Positions 37,526 to 49,034 of a stretch of 64,000 bases of DNA are shown in pieces. Made by a program: the position numbers and the translations under genes. The first letter of the stretch is position 1. Each line of letters opens with the position of its first letter. The notes beneath the pieces were generated by a model. That model was given only the letters and a program-made list of their open reading frames with translations. It did no database searches and had not been told where the DNA came from. The stretch is taken from contig CATNEN010000002.1 in NCBI GenBank assembly GCA_950097015.1, positions 2,914,001 through 2,978,000 of the forward strand. The letters are read 5' to 3'. Source of the DNA: Macrostomum hystrix. Its lineage: Eukaryota > Animalia > Platyhelminthes.

Positions 37526-38430
37526 AAATGGCTGAGAGGCTGGATGGACAAAATGACCTCAAATGGCTGAGAGGCTGGCCGGACAAAATGACCGTAAATG
37601 GCTGAGAGGCTGGCCGGACAAAATGACTTTAAATGGCTGAGAGGCTGGCCGGACAAAATGACCGTAAATGGCTGAGAGGCTGGATGGACAAAATGACCTT
37701 AAATGGCTGAGAGGCTGGATGGACAAAATGACCTCAAATGGCTGAGAGGCTGGCCGGATAAAATGACCGTAAATGGCTGAGAGGCTGGCCGGACAAAATG
37801 ACTTTAAATGGCTGAGAGGCTGGATGGACAAAATGACCGTAAATGGCTGAGAGGCTGGATGGACAAAATGACCGTAAATGGCTGAGAGGCTGGATGGACA
37901 AAATGACCGTAAATGGCTGAGAGGCTGGATGGACAAAATGACCTTAAATGGCTGAGAGGCTGGATGGACAAAATGACCTCAAATGGCTGAGAGGCTGGCC
38001 GGACAAAATGACCGTAAATGGCTGAGAGGCTGGCCGGACAAAATGACCGTAAATGGCTGAGAGGCTGGCCGGACAAAATGACCGTAAATGGCTGAGAGGC
38101 TGGCCGGACAAAATGACCGTAAATGGCTGAGAGGCTGGCCGGACAAAATGACTTTAAATGGCTGAGAGGCTGGCCGGACAAAATGACCGTAAATGGCTGA
38201 GAGGCTGGCCGGACAAAATGACCTTAAATGGCTGAGAGGCTGGCCGGACAAAATGACCGTAAATGGCTGAGAGGCTGGATGGACAAAATGAACTTAAATG
38301 GCTGAGAGGCTGGATGGACAAAATGACCTTAAATGGCTGAGAGGCTGGATGGACAAAATGACCTCAAATGGCTGAGAGGCTGGATGGACAAAATGACCTT
38401 AAATGGTTGAGAGGCTGGCCGGACAAAATG
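37526..38430. repeat. 35-bp minisatellite AAATGGCTGAGAGGCTGG(CC/AT)GGACAAAATGAC(CGT/CTT/CTC/TTT), ~26 copies
   Basis: Direct reading; period 35 with two variable positions. Confidence 0.95.
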
Positions 38431-38817
38431 GACATCAGGCGGGGAAAGAGAGAGGAGAGAGTTATATCATGTCAAAGATAATGTGTGCAGAACACGCGAC
38501 AGACAGAATAATATTAGTTTAAAATTAGCTAATGAGGGAATCCAAAAAATAAAACAGATTTTCTGTCCAGGACATGTTAGATTTAAAATTTCACTTAATG
38601 GTACAGATCTTGTGGGCTCTTGCAAGAACTTATTGGGAAGCTCAAGTCAGATCTTGTAAGAATAGGCAAGTCAATGTCATCTAGGGTAATTATAATACGA
38701 GTATATTTCGCGATTATTTGAAGAAAATGCAATTAGTAAATAACTTTCTTTTTGTCGAAAAAAGGGAACAACTGGTTAAGTCAGTACTACAGTTTAGTAA
38801 TACAGTAGACTTAGTTA

Positions 38818-39120
38818 CTAGTCACTTAAAAAGTGCTCGAGGCGCTCCAATCTCGACATTTTTGAGGCCAGCTTCAGCTTCTTCATGCCAACGATGAAGG
38901 CCTGGCTTTTAGCCTCGAAGCCAATGCCATGATTTGCCGCGGGCCGCACGTTGTCGACCCAATCCCGGGTTGGAGGCTCGTCCAAAAACTGCACATGGAC
39001 GCGGTTGCCACGTGTAGCTAATTTGCCTCTTGGCGGCAAGCAGACAATTGCAGGCCACCACTGCTCGCCATCGCCTGGCCAAAACGCAACCACCAAGTCA
39101 CCCGGCTGCCAGGCGTTCTG
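38818..39120 (-). other. PWWP domain at the C-terminus of the recombinase gene
   Basis: PGDLV...WWP.IV...RVHVQF(L)DEPPTRDWV closely follows the MSH6-type PWWP pattern (PGDLVW...PWWPCLV...RVHVQFFDDSPTRGWV). Confidence 0.9.
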
Positions 39121-42100
39121 ATTGCTTGGCGCAGTGTTGGCGCTGCGCTCCGACAAGGCGGTGGTGGCGCTGCACTCCGACGCGGCGGCGGTGGTGGCGC
39201 TGCGCTCCGACGCGGCGGCGCAGCGGTTTGAAGCGGGGGCGGGGGCGGTGGCGCGGCGCTTCGATGCAGCGGCGGTGGTAGCGCTGCGCTCCGAGAAGCC
39301 GGCGGTGGTGGCGCTGCGCTTTGATGCGGGGGCGGTGGCGCTGCGCTTCGACGCGGCGGCGGTGGTGGCGCTGCGCTTCGACGCGGCGGCGGTGGTGGCG
39401 CTGCGCTCCGACGCGGCGGCGGTGGCGCCGCACTCCAACGCGGCGGCGGTGGTGGCGCTGCGCTCCGACGCGGCGGCGCAGCGGTTTGAAGCGGGGGCGG
39501 GGGCGGTGGCGCGGCGCTTCGATGCAGCGGCGGTGGTAGCGCTGCGCTCCGAGAAGCCGGCGGTGGTGGCGCTGCGCTTTGATGCGGGGGCGGTGGCGCT
39601 GCGCTTCGATGCGGAGGCGGCGCTGCGGTTTGAAGCAGGGGCGGTGGCGCAGCGCTTCGACGCGGCGGCGGTGGTGGCGCTGCGCTTCGACGCGGCGGCG
39701 GTGGTGGCGCTGCGCTTCGACGCGGCGGCGGTGGTGGCGCTGCGCTCCGACGCGGCGGCGGTCGTGGTGCTGCGCTCCGAGGCGGTGGTGGCGCTGCACT
39801 CCGACGCGGCGGCGGTGGTAGCGCTGCGCTCCGACGCGGCGGCGCAGCGGTTTGAAGCGGGGGCGGTGGCGCAGCACTCCAACGCGGCGGCGGTCGTGGC
39901 GCTGAGCTCCGACGCAGCGGCGGAAGCTGCGTGCCGCGAGCGCTGCGTCGATGCCCGGGGCTGAATCGGCTGACGTGTGGCCTAATTTTGGTAATGAAAA
40001 ATTTCCTGCGTTCATTAATTTTCGTTTGTTTAACTAGTCTTAGAAAATAAATAAGGAATTATCTATTAAGAAGCATGCAGCATAAAATACAGCATAAAGC
40101 AAAGAGAAATTCTCAGCATAGCTCACCCGTCCGGCGCTGTCCTTCATTATTTGCTGCAGAACAGCGCTACCGGCCTGCCGGTACCAGTCCGTGTGGACCT
40201 GGTAAAAATCCCGCGCCACCTGTGGCGTATGATATAGCCGGTCCGCCACAAGTTGCGGGTCCTCGCCCGCCAGTAGTGCCTGAAAAGGAAGATGGCGAAT
40301 TGAAGAAGATAAAACATATTTGTTTTTTACCTACTGAATTTAATAGTTTCAGGTATGATGGGAATCGAATAGACCAGTAGCAGATTTCGGGTGCACAAGG
40401 CGACTCAGAACTGCTACTTCCAAAACTCTCGCCCTCCCCAATTTCTGGTGATTAATAAAAAATGAAGCTGAATGGTCTATGTAACGTAGTCTATGTATGA
40501 AAAGCATCTTACGATAGCTACTCACTTTCGTTTCGACAAAGATTCGAAACTCGGTGCAAGTGACACTTGCCAGCAGCGGACTAAAACGCTCTCGGTGTTC
40601 TCGAAACATGCCTTCAAATCCGCCGTACTTAAACTTGATGAACGGCAGTTTGGCGTCGCCGTCGGTTGGGTTAGCGGCTTCGCGACGTCGCAGCAGCCGC
40701 AGCAGCAGGCTGCGGCACTCGGTCACGTTAACTTTGGACGCGCCGAAGTAGGCACTGGTCTTGTGTTTGGCTACCTGAATAATATCAGTCAAATATATAT
40801 TCAAACTAAGAACTGATGCAATGTTTCTAATGCATTCTAACATATCCCTGTAAACAATTATGCAATCGACCCATTTTCCTCCGCTTCAGTAAAACTCCGC
40901 AAATATGTTTGACAAGGGAAAATAAAACTTATAAGAACAAGCACAAATTATAGATGATTATTTCAAGCTGCTAATATAGAATACACCAACATAATCTTCT
41001 GACATCAACTCCCAGCCCTCTGACATAACTCTGAGCCCTCTTCCAGCCAAGCTCAGAGTTTGGAGTCAGTTGTTGACTAAGTCGCCTGCGGTAAAAGGCA
41101 AATTTAGCCGTGATATTGTAAAATACCGGAGCCCAAAAATATCTGCAGGGTGCAAAATTCGCCTAGATTTTTAGGTATAGCTTAAATTTCCTTATTGCCG
41201 AATTTTCGCAGAGTGCGAAGACAGATCATGCATATTTACTACGTTCCCTGTTTTCATCATAAGGAATTCACTACTACATCGAGTTTACAACTAATGCAAA
41301 CTGACAAAATAATTTCAAGAATATTAAAATGTGCGAAAGCATTTCCTGAAATATGCAACTTCTAGGAATTTAAAAATTATTACCTACTATCCTAATTTCA
41401 GACAATTTTTTTAACTCAATAAAGGGCTCACCCATAGCTCCTTCGATGGGTCATTGGCCCACTGCCGAACTTCTTGCAGAGTGGCGTTGCAAGCCACGTC
41501 TTGTCGGTTGGCGTTGCCGTCGCCGAAGCAAACAACCATTCCGAAAGCCAGCATCTCGTTGTCGGAAATTTTGTCAGCCTCGGCATCATCGGTGATGGTC
41601 TCGGCCAGCAGGTGAGCCTTCATGGCCATCAGTTCGGCCACCTGGTCGTCGCTGAGGAGGCGAGCATGCTTTTTGTCCTGGGATATAGGGTTAGGGTTAG
41701 GTTAGGTTAAACGAGCAAAGAGTTTTTTGCTTTATAAGTTTTCAGGTGAACTCCAATTTACCTCAAACATGTTAAAATAGGTATTGTTTGTGACTATAGC
41801 CTTATACCGGCTTTCTAGGACAGGACACTGGCCCGCTAAAATTAGTAACTCAAAACCAAGGCTAAAACTCCTGCTAAAATTCTTAGCATATGTACGACTT
41901 TTCCCCTAAAACTCTTGTATCACAACTAATAATGCAAAAATGCACATTTAAGAGCAGCATGGAGTGACAAACTAGAATATATCTAAACAAAATACACAGA
42001 TGCTATGAATTTTACTCACCTTTAGTGCGGCATTGTAGATTTTCTTTCGCTTGTTATAGTATTGTGTCCACTTTGGACAACAAGCACAAAAGCTTGTGAG

Positions 42101-45100
42101 GTGGTCGCGAAGACCATTGGCATTAATGCTGCTCAGCCTGTTCATGGTCAGGTAGTCGCCCAACTTTTGGAGACTGCCGACCATTTCCTTCAGGACCCCG
42201 AAGCTCACAGTGGTCAGGGTTTCTGAGATCTATATAAATTGTGGGGATATAAAGCTTCAGTATTAAACTGTGGCAGTAACAATTTATAGCTAGGGGTAGG
42301 CCCTATACCAAGCTTGCAGTAAAAATATGATGTCTTGGAATTACCAAAGACGCATAGAAAAACACTAGACTGATAAAAAGAATTTTAAATCGTTGTATAA
42401 TCAGTTAAATTATATAAAGTATGTCTAAGTTATTTAAATAAAATGGCAATGCAATGTAGGCCTATTTTGCAAACAGCTCAAGTGCATAATATATAACTCA
42501 CCAAATCTCGGTGTGACTCATGAATAACATCTTCAATTTCATTGGCTCCAACCAGGTCCACCAGTCGGTTCATGTATGAGCCAACCTTCCTGATAGTTGA
42601 TTCGGCCAGTCCACCACCCATGGCTCCTTTCAGAGAGTTCTGCATTTTGTTTTGTGTTTCTGTTCTTCAAGTTGAGCTTTAGGTAGGCATAGCTAGGCCT
42701 AACAGCTAAAGGAAGTATAAAACTTAGTAAAACAAAAACTGAAGCTCTATAAAATTTATATATGGGCTGAACAAGTCCTACTCCTTTACAATAAGACTAA
42801 GTCTAAATATAGCCAAAGATAGTTCATTTTTTTAGAATCATAGCACTTACCAGGTATGGAATCAGAGCAGGAATGAAACTGCTGGTTTCACTCGCAAGTT
42901 TCTTGTCTTCAGCAATCTGAGAACAGTGAGGTGGAAAAATATATAGCTATGCTGTTTTTCATATCAGCCAGTGGGTGTACTAGAGAAGTTCAGCATATAT
43001 ACTCATAATCATATACTAGATCAATTCGCTAGCAAGAGAATCACGGACACTGTCAAACAGGTCGGATGAAGCACTATCTAACAAGTTAGAAAGAACGCCT
43101 TCTAATAGATGAGAAGGAAAACTGTTGAGAGCTGAGACTCAATTAAGAATAGTATAAAAGAAAGAGCCAGCGCGTAAAACTATCGGCCCTTACCTGATGG
43201 GCTTCTTCGATCAACGCTTGCACGTTGACCGGCTTGTCTACAGGTCGAACAAGCTCGTCAGAATGCCAGCGTGCTTTGTGCTTCCGAAAATTGTCGGCAG
43301 TGCCCGGAATGATGAGTGAACAGAGCTGGCAAAAGTTGCCGTCTGGCACGGCTGCTGAAGCGCTGCCGTCTGGCACCGCTCCTGAAGCGCTGCCGTCTGG
43401 CAGAGCTGTTGCCGGTCTGTGCCAGTTCAAGGGGTCATTTAAAAATAAATCAGAAGTTCTTTGTTTTCACTCTTTGCAATAGGACAAGTAAGCCAGTTTC
43501 AGTCAACCAATTTTATAGAACATGGCAAAACTAACAAGGGTCAAGGGAACAAAAACTATACTATATATGGAAGCACATGTGTGATCGCGGAACAGGGGAG
43601 AGTGGAGACGTATGAGAGTGGAGACGGGGGAGAGTGGAGACGTGTGAGAGTGGAGACGGGAGAGAGTGGAGACTGGGGAGAGTGGAGACGGGGGAGAGTG
43701 GAGACGGGAGAGTGGAGACGGGGGAGAGTGGAGACGGGGGAGAGTGGATACAGGGGAGAGTGGAGACGGGGGAGATTGGAGACGGGAGAGTGGAGACAGG
43801 GCAGAGTGGAGACGGGGGAGAGTGGAGACGAGAGAGTGGAGACGGAGGAGAGTGGAGACGAGAGAGTGGAGACGGAGGAGAGTGGAGACGGGGGAGAGTG
43901 GAGACGGGGGAGAGTGGAGACTGGGGAGAGTGGAGACGGGGGAGAGTGGAGACGAGAGAGTGGAGACGGAGGAGAGTGGAGACGGGGGAGATTGGAGACG
44001 GGAGAGTGGAGACAGGGCAGAGTGGAGACGGGGGAGAGTGGAGACTGGGGAGAGTGGAGACGGGGGAGAGTGGAGACGGGAGAGTGGAGACAGGGCAGAG
44101 TGGAGACAGGGGAGAGTGGAGACGGGGGAGAGTGGAGACGGGGGAGAGTGGAGACGAGAGAGTGGAGACGGAGGAGAGTGGAGACGGGGGAGATTGGAGA
44201 CGGGAGAGTGGAGACAGGGCAGAGTGGAGACGGGGGAGTGGAGACAGGGCAGAGTGGATCTGATAAGCAATATGTAACGAAAATCATGCAAATAAAATAA
44301 AGACGTTCGAATTACCTCCTTCCGGCCAGCTTCAATTTGCGCTCCTGGTCCTTCACTTTGATAAAAATCCGCAGACACTTGTGCACCTTTGAAGTATCGT
44401 TCTGATACTTTTGGAGAAAGCTGTCGTATATATGACGGTGGCAGTCTCTTACATGCTGCGCGAATCTGGAGTTGCGCACAATGCAGTTGGGTCGATATGG
44501 ACACGTGTAGCAACGCCCGGCTCTCTTGCTCTCTTCTTCGTCGTTGGCTCTGGCTCGCCGGGTTTTCGAGCTGCTTGCTGGCGGGGCTGACGTGCTGCTG
44601 GCTGCAGCTTGCGTATTTGGCGAGATGCTTGCTGGTGGGACTAATGTGCTACTGGCTGTGGCCTGCGTGGTCGGCGAGCAGATGGCTGGCCAGGCTGCAG
44701 CACTGCTATGACTAGCACGGTAGCTGCCGTTGACCTCGTAGCCGTAGCCATTGCCGCTGTTCTCGCCGTTTGCGCCGTTGCCGCCGTTGACAGCATAGCT
44801 GTAGCTGCCGTTGCCGCTGTAGCCGCTGTAGCCGCTGTAGCCGCCGTAGCCGCTGTAGCTGCCGTTGCCGCTGTAGCTGCCGTAGCCGCTGTAGCTGCCG
44901 TAGCCGCTGTAGCTGCCGTTGCCGCTGTAGCTGCCGTTGCCGCTGTAGCTGCCGTTGCCGCTGTAGCTGCCGTTGCCGCTGTAGCTGCCGTTGCCGCTGT
45001 AGCTGCCGTTGCCGCTGTAGCTGCCGTTGCCGCTGTAGCTGCCGTAGCCGCTGTAACCACCGTTGCCGCTGTAGCTGCCGTTGCCGCTGTAGCTGCCGTT

Positions 45101-45550
45101 GCCGCTGTAGCTGCCGTTGCCACTGTAGCCGTTGTTGCCGCTGTAGCCGCTGTAACCGGTAGTCACACTGCCGTTGGTGCCGTTGCAGCCGCTGCCGTTG
45201 TTCACGCCGTTAGCGACGTTGCAGTCGTTGTCGCCGTTGTCCGACACGCCGCTGCTGGCGCTTGATGGCGATCCGGCAGCGCCGCTGCTGGCGCTTGATG
45301 GCGATCCGGCAGCGCCGCTGCTGGCGCTTGATGGCGATCCGGCAGCGCCGCTGCTGGCGCTTGATGGCGATCCGGCAGCGCCGCTGCTGGCGCTTGATGG
45401 CGATCCGGCAGCGCCGCAGAGCTGGGTGCGAACTGCCTCAGCAATCGAAATCGGTGTATCCAAAGTCGCTGAGGCAAGGCTCTCCATGAGTGGGCCTGGC
45501 TTGTCAAACTCAAATTGTAAGCACTTGCTTAAACCTAATTCGAAGTTCAT
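38818..45550 (-). CDS. 9-exon gene, ~1227 aa: low-complexity repeats, 2 C2H2-like fingers, tyrosine recombinase (core-binding and catalytic), repeats, PWWP (Crypton-like)
   Basis: Exons 45550-44316, 43416-43194, 42916-42851, 42639-42502, 42229-42020, 41677-41432, 40774-40526, 40279-40127 and 39981-38818. Every intron is GT..AG and the phases match; total 3684 nt = 1228 codons with no internal stop. YR motifs GNANRQD, VAKHKT, TEFR, ADRLYHT...DFYQ. PWWP: PGDLVVAFWPGDGEQWWPAIV...VHVQFLDEPPTRDWV. Confidence 0.85.
39127..39930. repeat. GC-rich ~30-bp coding minisatellite (ASERSATTAA) with a 258-bp higher-order duplication
   Basis: GGCGGTGGTGGCGCTGCGCT units; blocks repeat at 39219 and 39477. Confidence 0.9.
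43594..44258. repeat. 13/15-bp G-rich minisatellite (GGGGAGAGTGGAGAC and variants) in intron 1 of the recombinase gene
   Basis: Direct reading; lies between donor 44315 and acceptor 43417. Confidence 0.92.
44805..45415. repeat. Coding repeats in exon 1: 18-bp (SGNGSY) array and 30-bp (GAAGSPSSAS) x5
   Basis: GCCGCTGTAGCTGCCGTT units at ~44810-45130; GGCGCTTGATGGCGATCCGGCAGCGCCGCT units at ~45258-45415. Confidence 0.92.
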
Positions 45551-46128
45551 GCAGTGGCTTTAGATTGTACGAAAGTATGGAAATTAGAAGTTATCAAAGG
45601 AAAATTTTGAAGGCAAATTGAAGGAAAATGAAACGTCGACAATTTATATGAGAGAGGCGTCCGGCACAAAGTCTGGGGTGTCAAGGACAGAACTGCCAGC
45701 CAATCAAATTAAGCGGGCATATTGAAGCAATCCAACCCAACTCCACGTAACTGCATAACAGCGAATGTTGCAGTTATTCGGAAATGACCAACCAATAAAA
45801 TGATCCAGACATATTGTAAAAACATCTACAAGATTGAAAAGTTATTGGCCATTCGCCTCAGGCGCCGAGGAATAATACAATGCTCCCTCAACCAATGAAA
45901 GCAGTTCGTGAGCAGTTCTCTGCGCGATCAGAGAAATGAAAACAAAAACTTTTGATGTTCTTGACAGCTAATTATCAACAGAAAACTATAATTCTACATT
46001 GACAGTTAAAGTCGCATATTTTGCCTTGCTAAAAATTTTAGTGCCATAACCTAACAAAAATATGCTACTGACAAAACAAGGATTTCTGACTAACGGGGTC
46101 GATGAATGAGAAAAGGGGCCTGACTCAC

Positions 46129-46667
46129 AAGCTAAGTTCTATTCACTGTTATGCAGTTATAGCACTGTGCTGTGTTAGAGAGTGAAAAAGCTAAGTTCTA
46201 TTTGCTGTTATGCAGTTATAGCACTGTGCTGTGTTAGAGAGTGAAAAAGCTAAGTTCTATTCGCTGTTATGCAGTTATAGCACTGTGCTGTGTTAGAGAG
46301 TGAAAAAGCTAAGTTCTATTCGCTGTTATGCAGTTATAGCACTGTGCTGTGTTAGAGAGTGAAAAAGCTAAGTTCTATTCGCTGTTATGCAGTTATAGCA
46401 CTGTGCTGTGTTAGAGAGTGAAAAAGCTAAGTTCTATTCGCTGTTATGCAGTTATAGCACTGTGCTGTGTTAGAGAGTGAAAAAGCTAAGTTCTATTCGC
46501 TGTTATGCAGTTATAGCACTGTGCTGTGTTAGAGAGTGAAAAAGCTAAGTTCTATTCGCTGTTATGCAGTTATAGCACTGTGCTGTGTTAGAGAGTGAAA
46601 AAGCTAAGTTCTATTCGCTGTTATGCAGTTATAGCACTGTGCTGTGTTAGAGAGTGAAAAAGCTAAG
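46129..46667. repeat. 59-bp tandem array, 9 nearly identical copies plus 8 bp, between divergently oriented genes
   Basis: AAGCTAAGTTCTATTCGCTGTTATGCAGTTATAGCACTGTGCTGTGTTAGAGAGTGAAA; only units 1-2 vary. Confidence 0.96.
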
Positions 46668-47386
46668 AATCTCATGAATCTCATTACAATAATCCCACGA
46701 AAGGTATATCATCCTTCTCAAAACTCAGCTACAAGCCTCCCAAAAATTGGGTAAAATAATTTTACACGAATGTGTGAAACTGAGCTCAATACAGCACCAC
46801 TCACAGCGTGAGTAAAAAAAGATAAGAGTTTTTAAATCAGATTGATGAATCCAAATTTCATTGCGCAACAAAGTCCTACAAAGAGCAAGCTCCTAATAGC
46901 CATTTAAACATTAAGGCAAATAATTTTACATGAATGTGTGAAACTGAGCACCACTCACAGCGGGAGTGAAAAAGATAAGAGCTTAGGGCAATCACTTTGT
47001 GACTATCCATTTAAAAACAGATAGATGAACATAAATTTCATTGCGCAACAAATCAAATGATGAGATGTCCAATTTGATGCATATTTAACATGAGCAAGAG
47101 GTGTGAAATATGCAACATGTACGTACGAAATGACCAATAAAATGAAATGAGATTCGAGTTTGATTTTCACTTTGCTTTTTGGTGTGAATTGCGCGATCAA
47201 GGAGCATGAGCTTGATCGATGGTCGACTGCCATTGGCTAAAAATATACTTGTTTCGGTTACATGTTATTAGATGTTACGTTGTGCATTTTTTAGGTCCAT
47301 TAATTGAGTTATAATTCAGTTGCAGCAATTATTTTTGCTTTTTAAATTAGGTACATTCGGTATTCAAGCATTTAGTTTTATGAATA

Positions 47387-47700
47387 ATGGCCAGCTTGTC
47401 GTGCCCGCTATGTACAAGTACTCGTATTGTTCATAGCCTCAAGGACAACGTTGAAAGACATATTAGGAATATGCATGGCCAAGATCCGCAGCCCGTCATC
47501 GAGTACGCGAAGTGGTCTAAAAAACCAGATATTCTTCTTTGTCGACTCTGTATATATTTCGAGAAGAATCTTAATAAGCATTACAAGCACAAGCATGCGA
47601 GCGAATTTGCAAAGTTTAAAGCTGCGTTTTCTGGCACCAAGGCAACAAAAGCAAGCCGACAGTCTGCTGTTTCGTATTTATCAGCACTTCGCACTTCGCA
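47387..47700 (+). pseudogene. Truncated zinc-finger paralog (2 C2H2-like fingers), cut off by the 124/126-bp array
   Basis: CPLC...RHIRNMH and CRLC...KHYKHKH, then VSYLSALRTS, which resembles the start of the core-binding region (IPYLNSLKG in the spliced gene) just before the array begins. Confidence 0.55.
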
Positions 47701-49034
47701 TGCGTCATCTGTGCAGCTGTGTATATCTGCCCCATCTATAGTGTCATTTCTCAGTCTTCTATTTGATTCTGTATATAGAAGGCGCCGCTTCAAGACAGTT
47801 AGAAACTGCTGAAATAGCAGGCCGCATGCGTCATCTGTGCAGCTGTGTATATCTGCCCCATCTATAGTGTCATTTCTCAGTCTTCTATTTGATTCTGTAT
47901 ATAGAAGGCGCCGCTTCAAGACAGTTAGAAACTGCTGAAATAGCAGGCCGCATGCGTCATCTGTGCAGCTGTGTATATCTGCCCCATCTAGTGTCATTTC
48001 TGAGTCTTCTATTTGATTCTGTATATAGAAGGCGCCGCTTCAAGTCAGTTAGAAACTGCTGAAATAGCAGGCCGCATGCGTCATCTGTGCAGCTGTGTAT
48101 ATCTGCCCCATCTAGTGTCATTTCTGAGTCTTCTATTTGATTCTGTATATAGAAGGCGCTGCTTCAAGACAGTTAGAAACTGCTGAAATAGCAGGCCGCA
48201 TGCGTCATCTGTGCAGCTGTGTATATCTGCCCCATCTAGTGTCATTTCTTAGTCTTCTATTTGATTCTGTATATAGAAGGCGCCGCTTCAAGACAGTTAG
48301 AAACTGCTGAAATAGCAGGCCGCATGCGTCATCTGTGCAGCTGTGTATATCTGCCCCATCTATAGTGTCATTTCTGAGTCTTCTATTTGATTCTGTATAT
48401 AGAAGGCGCCGCTTCAAGACAGTTAGAAACTGCTGAAATAGCAGGCCGCATGCGTCATCTGTGCAGCTGTGTATATCTGCCCCATCTATAGTGTCATTTC
48501 TGAGTCTTCTATTTGATTCTGTATATAGAAGGCGCCGCTTCAAGACAGTTAGAAACTGCTGAAATAGCAGGCCGCATGCGTCATCTGTGCAGCTGTGTAT
48601 ATCTGCCCCATCTAGTGTCATTTCTGAGTCTTCTATTTGATTCTGTATATAGAAGGCGCCGCTTCAAGTCAGTTAGAAACTGCTGAAATAGCAGGCCGCA
48701 TGCGTCATCTGTGCAGCTGTGTATATCTGCCCCATCTAGTGTCATTTCTGAGTCTTCTATTTGATTCTGTATATAGAAGGCGCTGCTTCAAGACAGTTAG
48801 AAACTGCTGAAATAGCAGGCCGCATGCGTCATCTGTGCAGCTGTGTATATCTGCCCCATCTAGTGTCATTTCTGAGTCTTCTATTTGATTCTGTATATAG
48901 AAGGCGCCGCTTCAAGACAGTTAGAAACTGCTGAAATAGCAGGCCGCATGCGTCATCTGTGCAGCTGTGTATATCTGCCCCATCTAGTGTCATTTCTGAG
49001 TCTTCTATTTGATTCTGTATATAGAAGGCGCCGC
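47698..49034 (+). repeat. 124/126-bp tandem array, ~10.7 copies
   Basis: Unit starts at 47698, 47824, 47950, 48074, 48198, 48322, 48448, 48574, 48698, 48822 and 48946; an AT indel accounts for 124 vs 126. Confidence 0.96.

Noticed and set aside
37093-38251. Long ORFs LSPLSAFSTL.../QPLSHLRSFC...
   Set aside because: Artefacts of stop-free minisatellite units.
39098-40015. Alternative-frame and opposite-strand ORFs over the GC-rich repeat (Arg-rich 305 aa; 280 aa)
   Set aside because: Shadow frames of the coding minisatellite; only one frame connects to the splice acceptor and the PWWP.
40349-40525. ORF-track C-terminus ...SRLVHPKSATGLF as the YR His/Tyr box
   Set aside because: It lies past a strong GTGAGT donor at 40525; the next exon supplies a better ADRLYHT...DFY motif in phase.
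43461-44513. Collagen-like or ETGESGD ORFs
   Set aside because: Translations of the intronic 13/15-bp minisatellite.
38818-45550. DIRS/Ngaro retrotransposon or prophage integrase interpretation
   Set aside because: No adjacent RT/RNase H/gag in the same unit, no split or inverted LTRs, and spliceosomal introns plus a PWWP domain argue against a phage origin.
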